From the IMG/VR virus record IMGVR_UViG_3300027851_000025: a stretch of 64,000 nucleotides of DNA; one strand, given 5' to 3'. The position numbers and the translations under genes are program-made. Shown piece by piece: positions 47,572 to 57,318 of the stretch. Position 1 is the stretch's first letter. Every line of letters starts with the position of its first letter. The DNA comes from an uncultured virus (IMG/VR IMGVR_UViG_3300027851_000025) (Duplodnaviria; Heunggongvirae; Uroviricota; Caudoviricetes). A model generated the notes under the pieces. It did not search any database, was not told the origin of the DNA, and saw nothing but the letters and a program-made list of their open reading frames with translations.

Positions 47572-48491
47572 TAGATATTATTCGCCTCTACGATGACCGG
47601 GGAGTGGAATATAAGCTCCCAGGTCATAAACACGTATCGGCAGGATGGGTGGGGGTTCCCTGCCCATTCTGTTCCGGGAACCCTGGGTATCATCTCGGTT
47701 ATTGTATCGACCCTGGAAGCAAGTATGCAGGAAGGTTCGTATGCTGGAGATGTGGCCCAAAGAAAGTAAGCGATGTTTTGTGCCGTATTTTGCCGATTGA
47801 TAAATCTAGGCTAAGAGTCCTCCTTGACCTATACCAGCAAAATTTGCCTATAAATTTCGAGAATAACGAGGGGAAAAAGAGGGAGAGGAAATCCAGATTG
47901 GTCCTGCCTGCCGGAACCGAGGAGATGAATAAGAGACATCGGCGATATCTAATCGACCGGAAATTCGATCCGGATAAGTTGGAAAGGGAATGGGGATTGA
48001 AAGGAACCGGGCCTGTCGGACCATACAAACATCGCATCATTATCCCAATTAAATACAAAGGACAACTGGTCAGTTATCAGGGCCGGGATATCACCGGCAA
48101 GTCAGATATGAAGTACAAAGCATGCCTGCAAGAGGATGAAGTTCGAGACCATAAAGACTGCCTATATGGCCTGGATAAAGCCAGATCAAACAAGGTCATA
48201 GTGGTTGAAGGAGTGACCGATGTCTGGAGGATGGGGCCAGGATCTGTAGCTACCTTTGGAATAAAATACAAGCCTTCTCAAGTCAGGTTATTGCTGAATT
48301 TTTCCATGGCATTTATCCTCTTTGACCCGGAATCTGAAGCCCAGGAACAGGCCAGAAAACTCGGTCTTGAATTGAAAATAGCCGGCATTCAAAGCGAACT
48401 TATTGACATAGGAAGCGGTGATCCTGGAGAGTTATCGGATGAAGAAGCAACTTATATATCCATGAATTTATTAGGTAAAAAAATAAATTAA
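47568..48491 (+). CDS. DNA primase (Zn ribbon plus TOPRIM)
   Basis: CPFC..H..CWRC, RIIIPI, YQGR, VVEG..D, FD.E, DPG. Confidence 0.85.
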   Translation: MIDIIRLYDDRGVEYKLPGHKHVSAGWVGVPCPFCSGNPGYHLGYCIDPGSKYAGRFVCWRCGPKKVSDVLCRILPIDKSRLRVLLDLYQQNLPINFENNEGKKRERKSRLVLPAGTEEMNKRHRRYLIDRKFDPDKLEREWGLKGTGPVGPYKHRIIIPIKYKGQLVSYQGRDITGKSDMKYKACLQEDEVRDHKDCLYGLDKARSNKVIVVEGVTDVWRMGPGSVATFGIKYKPSQVRLLLNFSMAFILFDPESEAQEQARKLGLELKIAGIQSELIDIGSGDPGELSDEEATYISMNLLGKKIN

Positions 48492-48500
48492 TAAACATCC

Positions 48501-48529
48501 TTAACGATTTAAAAAAATCCAGGTATAAT
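48501..48529 (+). promoter_or_regulatory. phage promoter TTAACG-N17-TATAAT
   Basis: CCTTAACGA..CCAGGTATAAT upstream of initiator. Confidence 0.82.
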
Positions 48530-48702
48530 ATAAAGACCGGACCTTTTTATTATGGGATATCAGCTGATCACTGAGAAGAGCGAAGTTAGCCGGAGGATGG
48601 ATGTTGATAGTTTGAGTCGATCTGGTCCAATTAATTCACTATCCCCTTCCTGACATCCATCCTTCCCCCATTTCCTTTCAACCTTTCTCTGCAGAGGCCA
48701 AT

Positions 48703-49683
48703 ATGACGACAATCATCGACGAAAACAAAGGCTTTACGATTATTGACAATAATATTCTGGATAGGTGGTTAAGAATTATCGGTCCCGGACCATATATGGT
48801 TTATAGTGTCCTTAAAAGAATGTGTAGAGGAAATTCACAAATAGTTTTCCCGCATGTATCGCAATATGACTGGTCCCAATATATTGGAATATCGGAATTG
48901 TCTTTCAAAAATCATATAAATACCCTCAGTAACCATAGACTAATTGAATGCGAAATCCCAAAAAGCTCAGAAAGGAGAAAAGGATTTACAGCTAAATACA
49001 TTCTCACTTCTCCTGAGAAATGGTGTTGCAAAGAAGAAGATATGCCAAAGCCAATAAATTCAAATTGTAAATTCCACGATCCAATATACGAACCGGAACA
49101 ACCTTTATTCCGCGGAAAAGAAAATGATTATTATGTTATTTCCCCTCCTATAAAAAATATCGAATCCCCCCATATAAAAAATATAGGGGATACCCATATA
49201 AAAAATATAGGAGTATATAATACAGGATATAAGGACAATAATAAAAATATATTCTCTCGACAAAGAATTTTTGAAAAAGAAAAGAAATCCTCTCCGGTCA
49301 AGTCTAAAGAAGGAGAAGAACAAAATAAAACATACATCCGGCTGGCAAGAAGACTTCGCCGGATAGTAGAATCAGCAAATCGAATTACATCCGCCACAAA
49401 AACAAATCAATGGCCTGACCAGTTTCGCAAACTCCACGATGTTGACAAAGTTCCGCTCCTGCAGATCAATAAAGTGTTGGACTGGTATGAAGAACATATT
49501 GGACAGCAATATGTTCCGGAATGCTTTTGCGCCTCCTCTTTCCGCAACAAGTTTCCCAAACTGGAACTCTCCATCACCCGCTCCGAAAAACAGAAGCCGG
49601 TATCAGATTGGAGGTCCAAAAGAAAGTATCTAAACCCTCCAGGCACCTACGGCCGCAATGTTACAGTAATTGAAATTGATTGA
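48703..49683 (+). CDS. replication initiator (N-terminal wHTH, internal iterons)
   Basis: GFT.I.N.ILD..VY..L; HTH-like segment; followed by DnaC-like gene. Confidence 0.7.
   Translation: MTTIIDENKGFTIIDNNILDRWLRIIGPGPYMVYSVLKRMCRGNSQIVFPHVSQYDWSQYIGISELSFKNHINTLSNHRLIECEIPKSSERRKGFTAKYILTSPEKWCCKEEDMPKPINSNCKFHDPIYEPEQPLFRGKENDYYVISPPIKNIESPHIKNIGDTHIKNIGVYNTGYKDNNKNIFSRQRIFEKEKKSSPVKSKEGEEQNKTYIRLARRLRRIVESANRITSATKTNQWPDQFRKLHDVDKVPLLQINKVLDWYEEHIGQQYVPECFCASSFRNKFPKLELSITRSEKQKPVSDWRSKRKYLNPPGTYGRNVTVIEID
49146..49212. repeat. three iteron-like repeats, 24-nt period; candidate origin
   Basis: TATAAAAAATAT at 49149, 49173 and 49197, followed by an AT-rich tract. Confidence 0.75.
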
Positions 49684-50330
49684 AACCAGAGGATTCTATG
49701 ACTACGTGTTCTTGTGGAACCATCCTCCGCAATGGGGAAAAGAAGTGCCAGCAATGCAGAAGAATACAGATGTTTGTAAATGGATTCCCGGCCCATCTGA
49801 TCCCTGCCGGCCTCCCTGGTGTGATTGTCCGGAATCTGGAGAAGAGGCGAAAAGTAACGCTGCCAGAACCTTTTGATAGAGGATTCTTCCTGTATGGGCC
49901 TGCCGGACATGGCAAATCGCATCAGGCAGCGGCATTGCTTCTGAATCTATTGGAGAATGGAACGGTCAGGGGAATGAGCTACAAGTGGGTAAATATTCCA
50001 GAGATGCTTTTCTCTCTCCGATCCTCATACCAGTCAAATCAATCAAGTTTTGAAAAGGATCTGATTGAATCCTGCGCCGGCGTAGATTGGTTGTGTTTGG
50101 ATGATCTTGGGGCCGAGAAGACAACTGATTGGACCATGTCCACCCTGTACCTAATCATTAACAAAAGATATGAATCAGGAAAGATTACGGTAGTGACTTC
50201 CAATCTGAGTTTTGAAGAGCTGGATGAACGATTTGGGGATGATAGGCTGGTCAGCCGGATTCAAGGGATGTGTGAGCCCTATTTGATCAACAGTAAAGTA
50301 GGCGACAGGAGAATCCCAAGCAATGGCTAG
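49680..50330 (+). CDS. DnaC/IstB-like helicase loader ATPase
   Basis: LYGPAGHGKSH, LDDLGAE, II..RY, TSN, SRI. Confidence 0.88.
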   Translation: MKPEDSMTTCSCGTILRNGEKKCQQCRRIQMFVNGFPAHLIPAGLPGVIVRNLEKRRKVTLPEPFDRGFFLYGPAGHGKSHQAAALLLNLLENGTVRGMSYKWVNIPEMLFSLRSSYQSNQSSFEKDLIESCAGVDWLCLDDLGAEKTTDWTMSTLYLIINKRYESGKITVVTSNLSFEELDERFGDDRLVSRIQGMCEPYLINSKVGDRRIPSNG

Positions 50331-51873
50331 ATATCAGAGGAAGGCGATTGAAGAGAGCCCAGAACGACAGATAGTCCTGGGTATGGTAGTTTCAGATCGA
50401 TTCATCAAGGAAGTTCAACCAATCCTCCGCCCGGATCTCCTAGAGTCACCATGGGCCATGAAGGTGATTGGTTGGTGCCAGAACTATCATACCAAGTTCG
50501 GCAAAGCGCCTGGAGTCCACATTGAAGACATCTTCCGACAAGAGGTGGAACAGGGCAATCTGGATGACGATCAGGAAAGCATTATCTCCAAGCTGCTGGG
50601 GACTCTCTCAGACGAGTATGAGCGGTCCAAAGAGTTCAATGCCGAGTTTCTTCTGGATAGAGCTGAAAAGTATTTCGAGTCGAGAAACCTGGAGAAGAAG
50701 GCGGCAAACATCAAGGCTCTATTGGGCAGAGGAGATGTGGCTGCAGCTCAGGCCGAGTTCAATTCATATCAGTCAGTTTCCAGGCCCGGGTCAATGGGGG
50801 TTGATCCCTTTTCAGACCGAGATTCCATGCTGGCGGCTTTTGAATATTCTTCAGAGCCATTATTCAGGATGCCCGGCGCGGTAGGTAGATTCCTGAACGA
50901 CTTGATGGAAAGGGAGGCATTCGTCACTTTACTTGGGCCGGAAAAGCGTGGAAAAACATGGATGCTGATTGAAATATCATTGTGGGCAAGAAGAGCCGGA
51001 TTGAATGTGGCTTTCTTCTCTGCTGGGGATATGTCACAATCTCAGCTGGAGGTCAGGTTTGGAATCAGATTTGCCGGCAGATCCAATCGGCCAAAAAACT
51101 GTGGGGAGATCCTTGTTCCGGTTCTTGACTGCAAGAGGAATCAGGACGACACCTGCGACAACCCAAACAGGGCAGGGACCTTTGCTATTATGGACCCGAA
51201 CACTAAGCAACTTCTCCCGTATGAAGAATGTCCAGACCATAATCCATGCACCTACTGTATGAAGAACCCAGGCGAACAGCCAGGGTATAAAGGGGCATCT
51301 TGGTTGAGAGTTCGCCCTCCTGTCCCTGTTCTGGATGGCCCTGGAGCGGCAAAAGCGGCGCAGAGAATGGCAAGGAGATGGGGAAAGAAGGCCAGGATGA
51401 AATTAATTGCTTTCCCGAACGATACCTTGACCATTAGCCGGATAGACCAGCAACTGGATGCCTGGGAGTCGCAGGAGAGCTTTATTCCGGATGTGATTAT
51501 AATTGACTATATGGATTTGATTGTTCCAGATACCCTTCATTCGGGGGAGCAGGTCCGGCATGGAATTGGAAAGATATGGGGAGGAGTCCGAAGGATGTCT
51601 CAGGAAAGGCATTGTCTGGTCCTTTCCGCCTCCCAATCTGATACCGAGTCGTATGATACCAAATGGATCACCAGCAAGAACTTCAGTGAAAGTAAGCAGA
51701 AGAACGCTCATGTAACAGGGATGATCACCCTTAACCAAACCAGGGAGGAGAAGAGAAGAAAAGTAATGAGGTTGGGGACAATCCTGACCCGTGAAGAAGA
51801 ATTTGATGACCACAAAGGAGTAGCAATACTGCAAAGCCTGGAACAAGGCAGACCATTGATTGCCTCATTTTAA
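50323..51873 (+). CDS. dnaB: DnaB-like replicative helicase
   Basis: GPEKRGKTW, IIIDYMDL, SASQ, FSE...K. Confidence 0.8.
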   Translation: MARYQRKAIEESPERQIVLGMVVSDRFIKEVQPILRPDLLESPWAMKVIGWCQNYHTKFGKAPGVHIEDIFRQEVEQGNLDDDQESIISKLLGTLSDEYERSKEFNAEFLLDRAEKYFESRNLEKKAANIKALLGRGDVAAAQAEFNSYQSVSRPGSMGVDPFSDRDSMLAAFEYSSEPLFRMPGAVGRFLNDLMEREAFVTLLGPEKRGKTWMLIEISLWARRAGLNVAFFSAGDMSQSQLEVRFGIRFAGRSNRPKNCGEILVPVLDCKRNQDDTCDNPNRAGTFAIMDPNTKQLLPYEECPDHNPCTYCMKNPGEQPGYKGASWLRVRPPVPVLDGPGAAKAAQRMARRWGKKARMKLIAFPNDTLTISRIDQQLDAWESQESFIPDVIIIDYMDLIVPDTLHSGEQVRHGIGKIWGGVRRMSQERHCLVLSASQSDTESYDTKWITSKNFSESKQKNAHVTGMITLNQTREEKRRKVMRLGTILTREEEFDDHKGVAILQSLEQGRPLIASF

Positions 51874-51883
51874 AGGGATAAAC

Positions 51884-52228
51884 ATGATTGATCTAAAACA
51901 AAAACAACTGAAAGAATGGCAGGAAAAAAACTTCGGAATTCACGAAGACGATCTTTTGAAGTGTGCCCTTGGTATGGCCGAAGAGGTAGGTGAGGTCTGT
52001 CATCATATATTGAAAGGGGTTCAAAGAATCCGTTGTGGCGCTGACGGAATTGATAAAAAGCAGGTGGCAGACGGCATTGCTGATACTTTGATTTTTGGTC
52101 TTCAGATACTTTCTAAACTTGACTTGGATGCAGAGAAAGAGATTGCAGAAGTCATAGAAAAGGTTTTGCAACGAGACTGGATAAAAGATCCATCTGGAAA
52201 GAAAATGGACAAGCCGGTTCAGGTATGA
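51884..52228 (+). CDS. MazG-like nucleotide pyrophosphohydrolase
   Basis: W...NFG, EEVGEV, D.IAD. Confidence 0.75.
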   Translation: MIDLKQKQLKEWQEKNFGIHEDDLLKCALGMAEEVGEVCHHILKGVQRIRCGADGIDKKQVADGIADTLIFGLQILSKLDLDAEKEIAEVIEKVLQRDWIKDPSGKKMDKPVQV

Positions 52229-52272
52229 CGCAGATACATAATGTCAAAAATATCTAAACCAAGGAGAAAATC

Positions 52273-52644
52273 ATGATTTCAGTAACAAAGAAGTTTTCAT
52301 TCAGTTATGCCCATCACCTCCCCGAATATGACGGAGACTGTCAAAGGGTCCATGGTCATAACAGCAATGTGGAAGTGGAGTTTTCGAACCAGGCCCCCAT
52401 AATGCCGGCGGCATACCCGGGAATGGTGGTTGATTTCAAAATCATTAAAAAGATTATTGACCCGATCATCGATGAATTGGATCATCACGATCTCAATCAG
52501 GTAATTGTCGGCAATCCAACTGCTGAAAACATTGCTCAATGGATTGCCGACAAGATTGGGAAAACCAGTATTGGGGCTGGTTTGGTCAGGGTCCAGGTAT
52601 CTGAAACCGACGATTCTTTTGCTACCTGGAGGAAGGGAAAATGA
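52273..52644 (+). CDS. queD: 6-carboxytetrahydropterin synthase
   Basis: F..AH.L..Y.G.C...HGH, GMV.DF, LDH..LN, PTAE, ET. Confidence 0.92.
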   Translation: MISVTKKFSFSYAHHLPEYDGDCQRVHGHNSNVEVEFSNQAPIMPAAYPGMVVDFKIIKKIIDPIIDELDHHDLNQVIVGNPTAENIAQWIADKIGKTSIGAGLVRVQVSETDDSFATWRKGK

Positions 52645-53321
52645 GAGTAAATGAAATCTTTTGTTCTTTGGATGGGGAAGTAAATCAATGGGGGCAGGGC
52701 AAACCAACTGTATTCATCCGGCTCCAGGGCTGCAATCTCAGGTGTCCTTACTGCGATACCAAACAGACATGGGATTTGGAAGGGGGAGGTGAATTATCAG
52801 TTTATGAAATTATGGAAAAAGTAAACTCCTCTGGATTTGGCAAGGTCACTATAACTGGAGGGGAGCCCCTTTTTAGTCCTGAATTTGTAATGTTGGCAAA
52901 GGCTCTGGTCGGAATGGGGATTCAAATATCAGTGGAGACGAATGGAACCATCCCGATTCCGGCTGGAGCATGGGCAGATAAAATCTGTTGGGTGGTTGAC
53001 TATAAATTGGAGCTGAAACAATCCCTTGGAGAGTTCGTATCCATCTTGGGGAGAAAACCAAGCATGTGGGTAAAAATCATTATTGGAGGATATGATGATT
53101 TTTACAAGGGGATGGAAATGGTAGAGGATATCACCTTCCTTTTGCCTGATTGTAATTTTGCTTTCAGCCCCATGTTTGGGAAAACCAGTGAGGAACAGAT
53201 TTTTACCTGGATGATCGAGAATAGATATAAACACCCGACTATATTGAATAAAGTGGTGGTGAATACCCAGCTCCATAAAATTATTTTTCCAAAAGGCGAA
53301 AAAAACTTTGTTTTGCCTTAA
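52641..53321 (+). CDS. queE: 7-carboxy-7-deazaguanine synthase (radical SAM)
   Basis: EIF.SL.GE, FIRL.GCNLRC.YCDT, ITGGEP, VETNGT, QLHK. Confidence 0.92.
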   Translation: MRVNEIFCSLDGEVNQWGQGKPTVFIRLQGCNLRCPYCDTKQTWDLEGGGELSVYEIMEKVNSSGFGKVTITGGEPLFSPEFVMLAKALVGMGIQISVETNGTIPIPAGAWADKICWVVDYKLELKQSLGEFVSILGRKPSMWVKIIIGGYDDFYKGMEMVEDITFLLPDCNFAFSPMFGKTSEEQIFTWMIENRYKHPTILNKVVVNTQLHKIIFPKGEKNFVLP

Positions 53322-53346
53322 CGATATATTGTTTTCCAGGTATAAT
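53318..53346 (+). promoter_or_regulatory. phage promoter TTAACG-N17-TATAAT
   Basis: CCTTAACGA..CCAGGTATAAT. Confidence 0.82.
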
Positions 53347-53419
53347 CTAACATAAGCAAGACAGGGGAAGGTCCCCAACCAGATCAATTCGATCAACCAA
53401 AAGTACAAAGGAGAACCAC

Positions 53420-54175
53420 ATGGCCAAGAAGAAAGCAGCAAAAGCCCCAGAAGTCCCCCTGGAAGCCCTTCAGGCAGTAGCAATGGACTTCAATTCCTTC
53501 ATGAAGTTTGCCGAGGGAGATGAGATCCCGGTAGATATGGCATACGACGATCTGCTCGGCGAGCTCACCGAATGTGCTGCCCAGTTGGAAGAGTCCGATA
53601 CCATCCAGCCCGGCACCGCCGAAACCCTGACCGCCTTGGGGTTAGAGTTTGCCGCCACTGTCGCTGAGGGCGAAGCCCAGGCCGATGATGATGCCGATGA
53701 TGATGCCGATGATGATGCCGATGATGATGCCGATGATGATGCCGATGATGATGCCGATGATGATGCCGAGCCCGACAATTCGGAGCTGGTTGCCAAGGTG
53801 AACAAGGCTCGCAAGATCGACGATCTTCTGGTTATTGCCAAGGAAGAGCGGATTGCAGTTCCCCCTCCCTTCCGGAAGGACATCAAGAAGCTGAAGGAAT
53901 ATCTGGTCAAGAAACTGGAAGAAGGCCCCAAGGAGAAACCGGCCAAGAAGGAGAAACCGGCCAAGAAGGAGAAGGCGCCGCGCGGCCCGTCGGTCACGAA
54001 TATGATCTCCATGGAAATCTGCAAGAACGAGAAGGCATCAACAGAAGACATCGCCAAGGTCTTGAAAGAGAACGGAATGGTATTCAGCGACTCTACCATC
54101 AACACCACGAAGGCCGGCGTTCTGAAGGTTCTGAATTGCCTGAAAGAACTCGGTCGACTCAAGCCCATCAAGTAA
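53420..54175 (+). CDS. acidic N-terminal / basic C-terminal protein of unknown function
   Basis: Own promoter and terminator; (ADDD)7 and KEKPAK repeats. Confidence 0.7.
   Translation: MAKKKAAKAPEVPLEALQAVAMDFNSFMKFAEGDEIPVDMAYDDLLGELTECAAQLEESDTIQPGTAETLTALGLEFAATVAEGEAQADDDADDDADDDADDDADDDADDDADDDAEPDNSELVAKVNKARKIDDLLVIAKEERIAVPPPFRKDIKKLKEYLVKKLEEGPKEKPAKKEKPAKKEKAPRGPSVTNMISMEICKNEKASTEDIAKVLKENGMVFSDSTINTTKAGVLKVLNCLKELGRLKPIK
53681..53764 (+). repeat. perfect tandem repeat (GCCGATGATGAT)x7
   Basis: Read directly from the sequence. Confidence 0.95.
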
Positions 54176-54196
54176 TTCCCGACAAACTATATATTG

Positions 54197-54227
54197 AAAG
54201 GGGATGGAGGTTTCCATCCCTTTTTTT
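54197..54227 (+). terminator. intrinsic terminator
   Basis: GGGATGGA-GGTT-TCCATCCC-T7. Confidence 0.88.
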
Positions 54228-54238
54228 GGAGGATCTGT

Positions 54239-54901
54239 ATGAAAGCTATTCTCGCTTTGTCAGGAGGAATGGACTCCGCTACGGTTCTTGCCTGGCTTCG
54301 GAAAAATGGCTATGAAGTGGAATGTTTTTCTTTCTCCTATGGTTCCAAGCATAATCATTGGGAAGGAAATGCTGCCCAGAAAGTAGCAGCATTTTATGGA
54401 ATGGAACTGCAGGAATCGATTGATCTGTCAAACATCACAAAACAATTCAAATCCAATCTCCTGAAAGGCCAGGGCGAAATCCCGGAAGGCCATTATCAGG
54501 ATGAGACCATGTCGCAGACGGTGGTACCCGGAAGAAACATCATTTTTCTTTCTATCTGCGCCGGCCTTGCCTGGTCAAAAGGCGCATCCAAGATTGCCAT
54601 AGGGATTCATCAGGGAGATCATACCATTTACCCCGACTGCAGGGTAGAGTTCTACGAAGAGATGTCTAAGGCGATCTCCACCGGTACAGATGGAAATGTG
54701 GATGAGATCATCGCCCCCTTCCTCCACACCGACAAAGCAGGCATACTCGCTTGGGGCCTGAAAAACGGGGTTCCATATCACCTGACCCGGACTTGCTATA
54801 AAGACCAGCCATTGTCGTGCGGGAAATGTGGATCTTGCGTCGAGCGCCTGGAAGCCTTTGCTTCGGTCGGGATTAAAGATCCGATTGAATATGCAAAGTA
54901 G
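54239..54901 (+). CDS. queC: 7-cyano-7-deazaguanine synthase
   Basis: LSGGMDS, YG..H, VPGRN, YPDCR, TCY..CGKCGSCVER. Confidence 0.95.
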   Translation: MKAILALSGGMDSATVLAWLRKNGYEVECFSFSYGSKHNHWEGNAAQKVAAFYGMELQESIDLSNITKQFKSNLLKGQGEIPEGHYQDETMSQTVVPGRNIIFLSICAGLAWSKGASKIAIGIHQGDHTIYPDCRVEFYEEMSKAISTGTDGNVDEIIAPFLHTDKAGILAWGLKNGVPYHLTRTCYKDQPLSCGKCGSCVERLEAFASVGIKDPIEYAK

Positions 54902-54909
54902 AATAATTT

Positions 54910-55134
54910 TTATTTTTTATGCAAGCCATAAACTGGATGAGTATAGTTATTAATCCAGTTTATGAGGTCTAAGTCTGCCGATTGAGTTTTAGTATAAGCC
55001 GAACGAATTGGATGTTCTTTGGGTATTTTGTTGATATGTTTATGAATAAGACCCAAAGCTTCTTCTAATTTTGATTCGGCTTTGGAAAAATCTAAAAGTT
55101 GTTCATCTGAAAAAGTAAGCATTTTAGCCTCCAT
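54910..55134 (-). CDS. small AT-rich protein antisense to the que cluster
   Basis: 74-aa ORF filling the intergenic gap. Confidence 0.5.
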   Translation of the reverse strand: MEAKMLTFSDEQLLDFSKAESKLEEALGLIHKHINKIPKEHPIRSAYTKTQSADLDLINWINNYTHPVYGLHKK

Positions 55135-55193
55135 AGAGATTGGTTTAATGTATTTAATTATTTTCCGGCTGAAATTGCAAGAGGATTCAACAT

Positions 55194-55415
55194 ATGCAAA
55201 GTAGAAGGGAGTCGCTGGCAGAAGCCTCCTTGAATATCCTCACTGGATTTCTGGTATCCTGGCTGATCACCCCTCCCATCCTGCAGATGTTTGGATACTC
55301 AATATCCATGAACAAGGCGTTTGGCGTCACTGTAATCTATACGGTGTTTTCATTTCTGCGTTCTTACATTTGGCGTAGGATTTTCAACAGGAGAGTAAAA
55401 TGGCAAAAAAGATAG
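55194..55415 (+). CDS. small two-helix membrane protein
   Basis: QS...SL.E...N...G..S..RSY..RR.FN. Confidence 0.65.
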   Translation: MQSRRESLAEASLNILTGFLVSWLITPPILQMFGYSISMNKAFGVTVIYTVFSFLRSYIWRRIFNRRVKWQKR

Positions 55416-56278
55416 TCCTTTCAAACGAACAGATTCAGGAGCGGTGTGCCGACATAGCCAATGACCTGCCAGCTCACAAAAACTTCTATGGGGTGCCAAG
55501 GGGAGGAATCGCTCCTGCTTATTTACTGGCCGGCATGTCCGATGGCTTTGTGGTTTCGAATCCGGAAGAAGCAGATTTCTTTGTCGATGATCTTATCGAC
55601 TCCGGAAGAACCCGGGCAGAATATCGCGAGAGATTCCCCTTCACCCCATTCATCTTTTTGTATGAAAAGATCGATTCCTCCCAGTGGTTCGTATTTCCTT
55701 GGGAAGTTGACAATTCCGGCAATGATACTTCTGGCGAAGACATCTTTATCCGACTCCTGGAGTTCATCGGTGAAGATCCGAGCAGGGAAGGGCTTTTGGC
55801 TACTCCCAAGAGGATGATGCGGGCCTGGACTCATTGGACTCAGGGATACGGCAAATCTCCGAAAGATGTCTTCACTTCATTCGAAGATGGTGCGGAAGAC
55901 TATGACCAGATGCTTCTGGTCGATCCTATTCCATTCTTCTCCCATTGCGAGCACCATCTGGCCATATTCTTTGGGGAGATCCACATCGCCTATATCCCGC
56001 ACAAGAAGATTGCCGGCCTGTCAAAGTTCATCCGGCTGGCAAGGATCTTCTCTCAGCGCCTGCAAGTCCAGGAAAGACTGACGGTTCAGATTGCCAACGC
56101 CATCTTCAACAGCGGCCTGGAAACCCCGGGAGTCGGGGTATTCATCAAGGCCCGGCACATGTGTATGGAATCCAGGGGGGTTTCCACTTTTGGGACCTAC
56201 ACCAAAACCTCGGCTCTCCGGGGGGTATTTATGAAGCCGGAGGTTCGGGAAGAGTTTTTCAACATGATCAAGTTGTAA
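55400..56278 (+). CDS. folE: GTP cyclohydrolase I with N-terminal phosphoribosyltransferase-like domain
   Basis: N-terminal GVPRGG, VDDLIDSG.T, FPWE; C-terminal REGL..TP.R, SHCEHH, GLSK, LQVQERLT, H.CM..RG. Confidence 0.92.
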   Translation: MAKKIVLSNEQIQERCADIANDLPAHKNFYGVPRGGIAPAYLLAGMSDGFVVSNPEEADFFVDDLIDSGRTRAEYRERFPFTPFIFLYEKIDSSQWFVFPWEVDNSGNDTSGEDIFIRLLEFIGEDPSREGLLATPKRMMRAWTHWTQGYGKSPKDVFTSFEDGAEDYDQMLLVDPIPFFSHCEHHLAIFFGEIHIAYIPHKKIAGLSKFIRLARIFSQRLQVQERLTVQIANAIFNSGLETPGVGVFIKARHMCMESRGVSTFGTYTKTSALRGVFMKPEVREEFFNMIKL

Positions 56279-56311
56279 TCCATTTTCCAATTTAACCAAA
56301 AGAGGAAATAA

Positions 56312-56842
56312 ATGAAAAAGTATCTGTGGCCGGCACTGTACCTGTCCAGCATTCTTCTTGGAAACTTCTTTGTCATGTGGTTTGGGATCGTCAAGTTTGC
56401 CGGCCTGACCTTCCCTGCCGGCGTTATCTTTGTCGGTCTGACCTTCTCCTTCCGAGATTTTGTTCAACGCCAATGGGGAGACTACGCCTGCTGGATCTGG
56501 ATGGGCCTGGCCACAGTCATTACCTTCTTCCTCAACCGGCAAATTGCCATCGCCTCGGTCACTGCCTTTTTTGTTTCAGAGCTGGTCGACTGGGCTTGTT
56601 TCAAATACTTGAAGTTTTCATTCAGGAAGAGGATATACATCTCAAACCTGTTCTCCTGCCCATTGGATTCTATAATCTTCGTTACCCTGGCATTTGGATG
56701 GTTTTGGCCGGCGATCTGGGGTCAGGCTCTGATCAAGTATCTTTCCGGGTTATTGGTCCTACCTTTCCTTGGTTTGAAGGATCGCATTCCTGCCGACAAT
56801 AACTATACCGACATCTTCCCTTCTTACGGAGTTGGAAAGTGA
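56312..56842 (+). CDS. yhhQ: VUT-family queuosine precursor transporter-like membrane protein
   Basis: N.., G.TF..RD..Q, IA.AS..AF..SE..D, SN..S..LDS..F...AFG. Confidence 0.75.
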   Translation: MKKYLWPALYLSSILLGNFFVMWFGIVKFAGLTFPAGVIFVGLTFSFRDFVQRQWGDYACWIWMGLATVITFFLNRQIAIASVTAFFVSELVDWACFKYLKFSFRKRIYISNLFSCPLDSIIFVTLAFGWFWPAIWGQALIKYLSGLLVLPFLGLKDRIPADNNYTDIFPSYGVGK

Positions 56843-57049
56843 AAGTTTATCTTGCCGGGGTTCCAGGGGGGTTCTCCAGGAGATTGTAAGAGGGAGAGGG
56901 AACTCTCCATTAAGTTCAAAAGAAGACTACATTCTTACTATCACATCAAAATAACAAAAAGTAATCTGATCAATCCAAATGAAAATATATCTAGCATCGG
57001 GATATTCTGTAATGAATACCAAAGGCAGAGAGAGAGAGATGCTAAGTAG
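56839..57049 (+). pseudogene. mini-module 1, frameshifted at G6 (56866-56871)
   Basis: MKVYLAGVPGG stops early; +1 frame gives SPGDCKRERE..KRRLHSYYH. Confidence 0.7.
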
Positions 57050-57167
57050 ATTTGGGGGCGCGTATAAAAGATTAGTATCCTATTATGATTTGTCAAGAGG
57101 CAATAAAATACTTAATATAATAAATCTGAATACGAATGAAAATATATCTTGCCGGAAATACCCCTGA
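56979..57167 (+). CDS. mini-module 2, intact
   Basis: MKIYLASG..RERE..KRLVSYY; (AG)6 tract. Confidence 0.75.
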   Translation: MKIYLASGYSVMNTKGREREMLSRFGGAYKRLVSYYDLSRGNKILNIINLNTNENISCRKYP

Positions 57168-57318
57168 CAGAGAGAGAGAGGAGAAAATTCTTTTACAGAA
57201 AAACCTGACCAGAAAAAGACTTTTGGCTTTCCATTACCTTCTCTGTGATAAGAATGTAAAATTAATGTTTGATCTATGGACAAATGAAAATAAACTTTGC
57301 AGGAACTCCAGGAACTAG
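57136..57318 (+). CDS. mini-module 3, intact
   Basis: MKIYLAGN..RERE..KRLLAFHY; (AG)6 tract. Confidence 0.75.
   Translation: MKIYLAGNTPDREREEKILLQKNLTRKRLLAFHYLLCDKNVKLMFDLWTNENKLCRNSRN

Noticed and set aside
53470..54171. Ser/Ala-rich minus-strand ORF
   Set aside because: Mirror of the ADDD repeat gene, which has the promoter, RBS and terminator.
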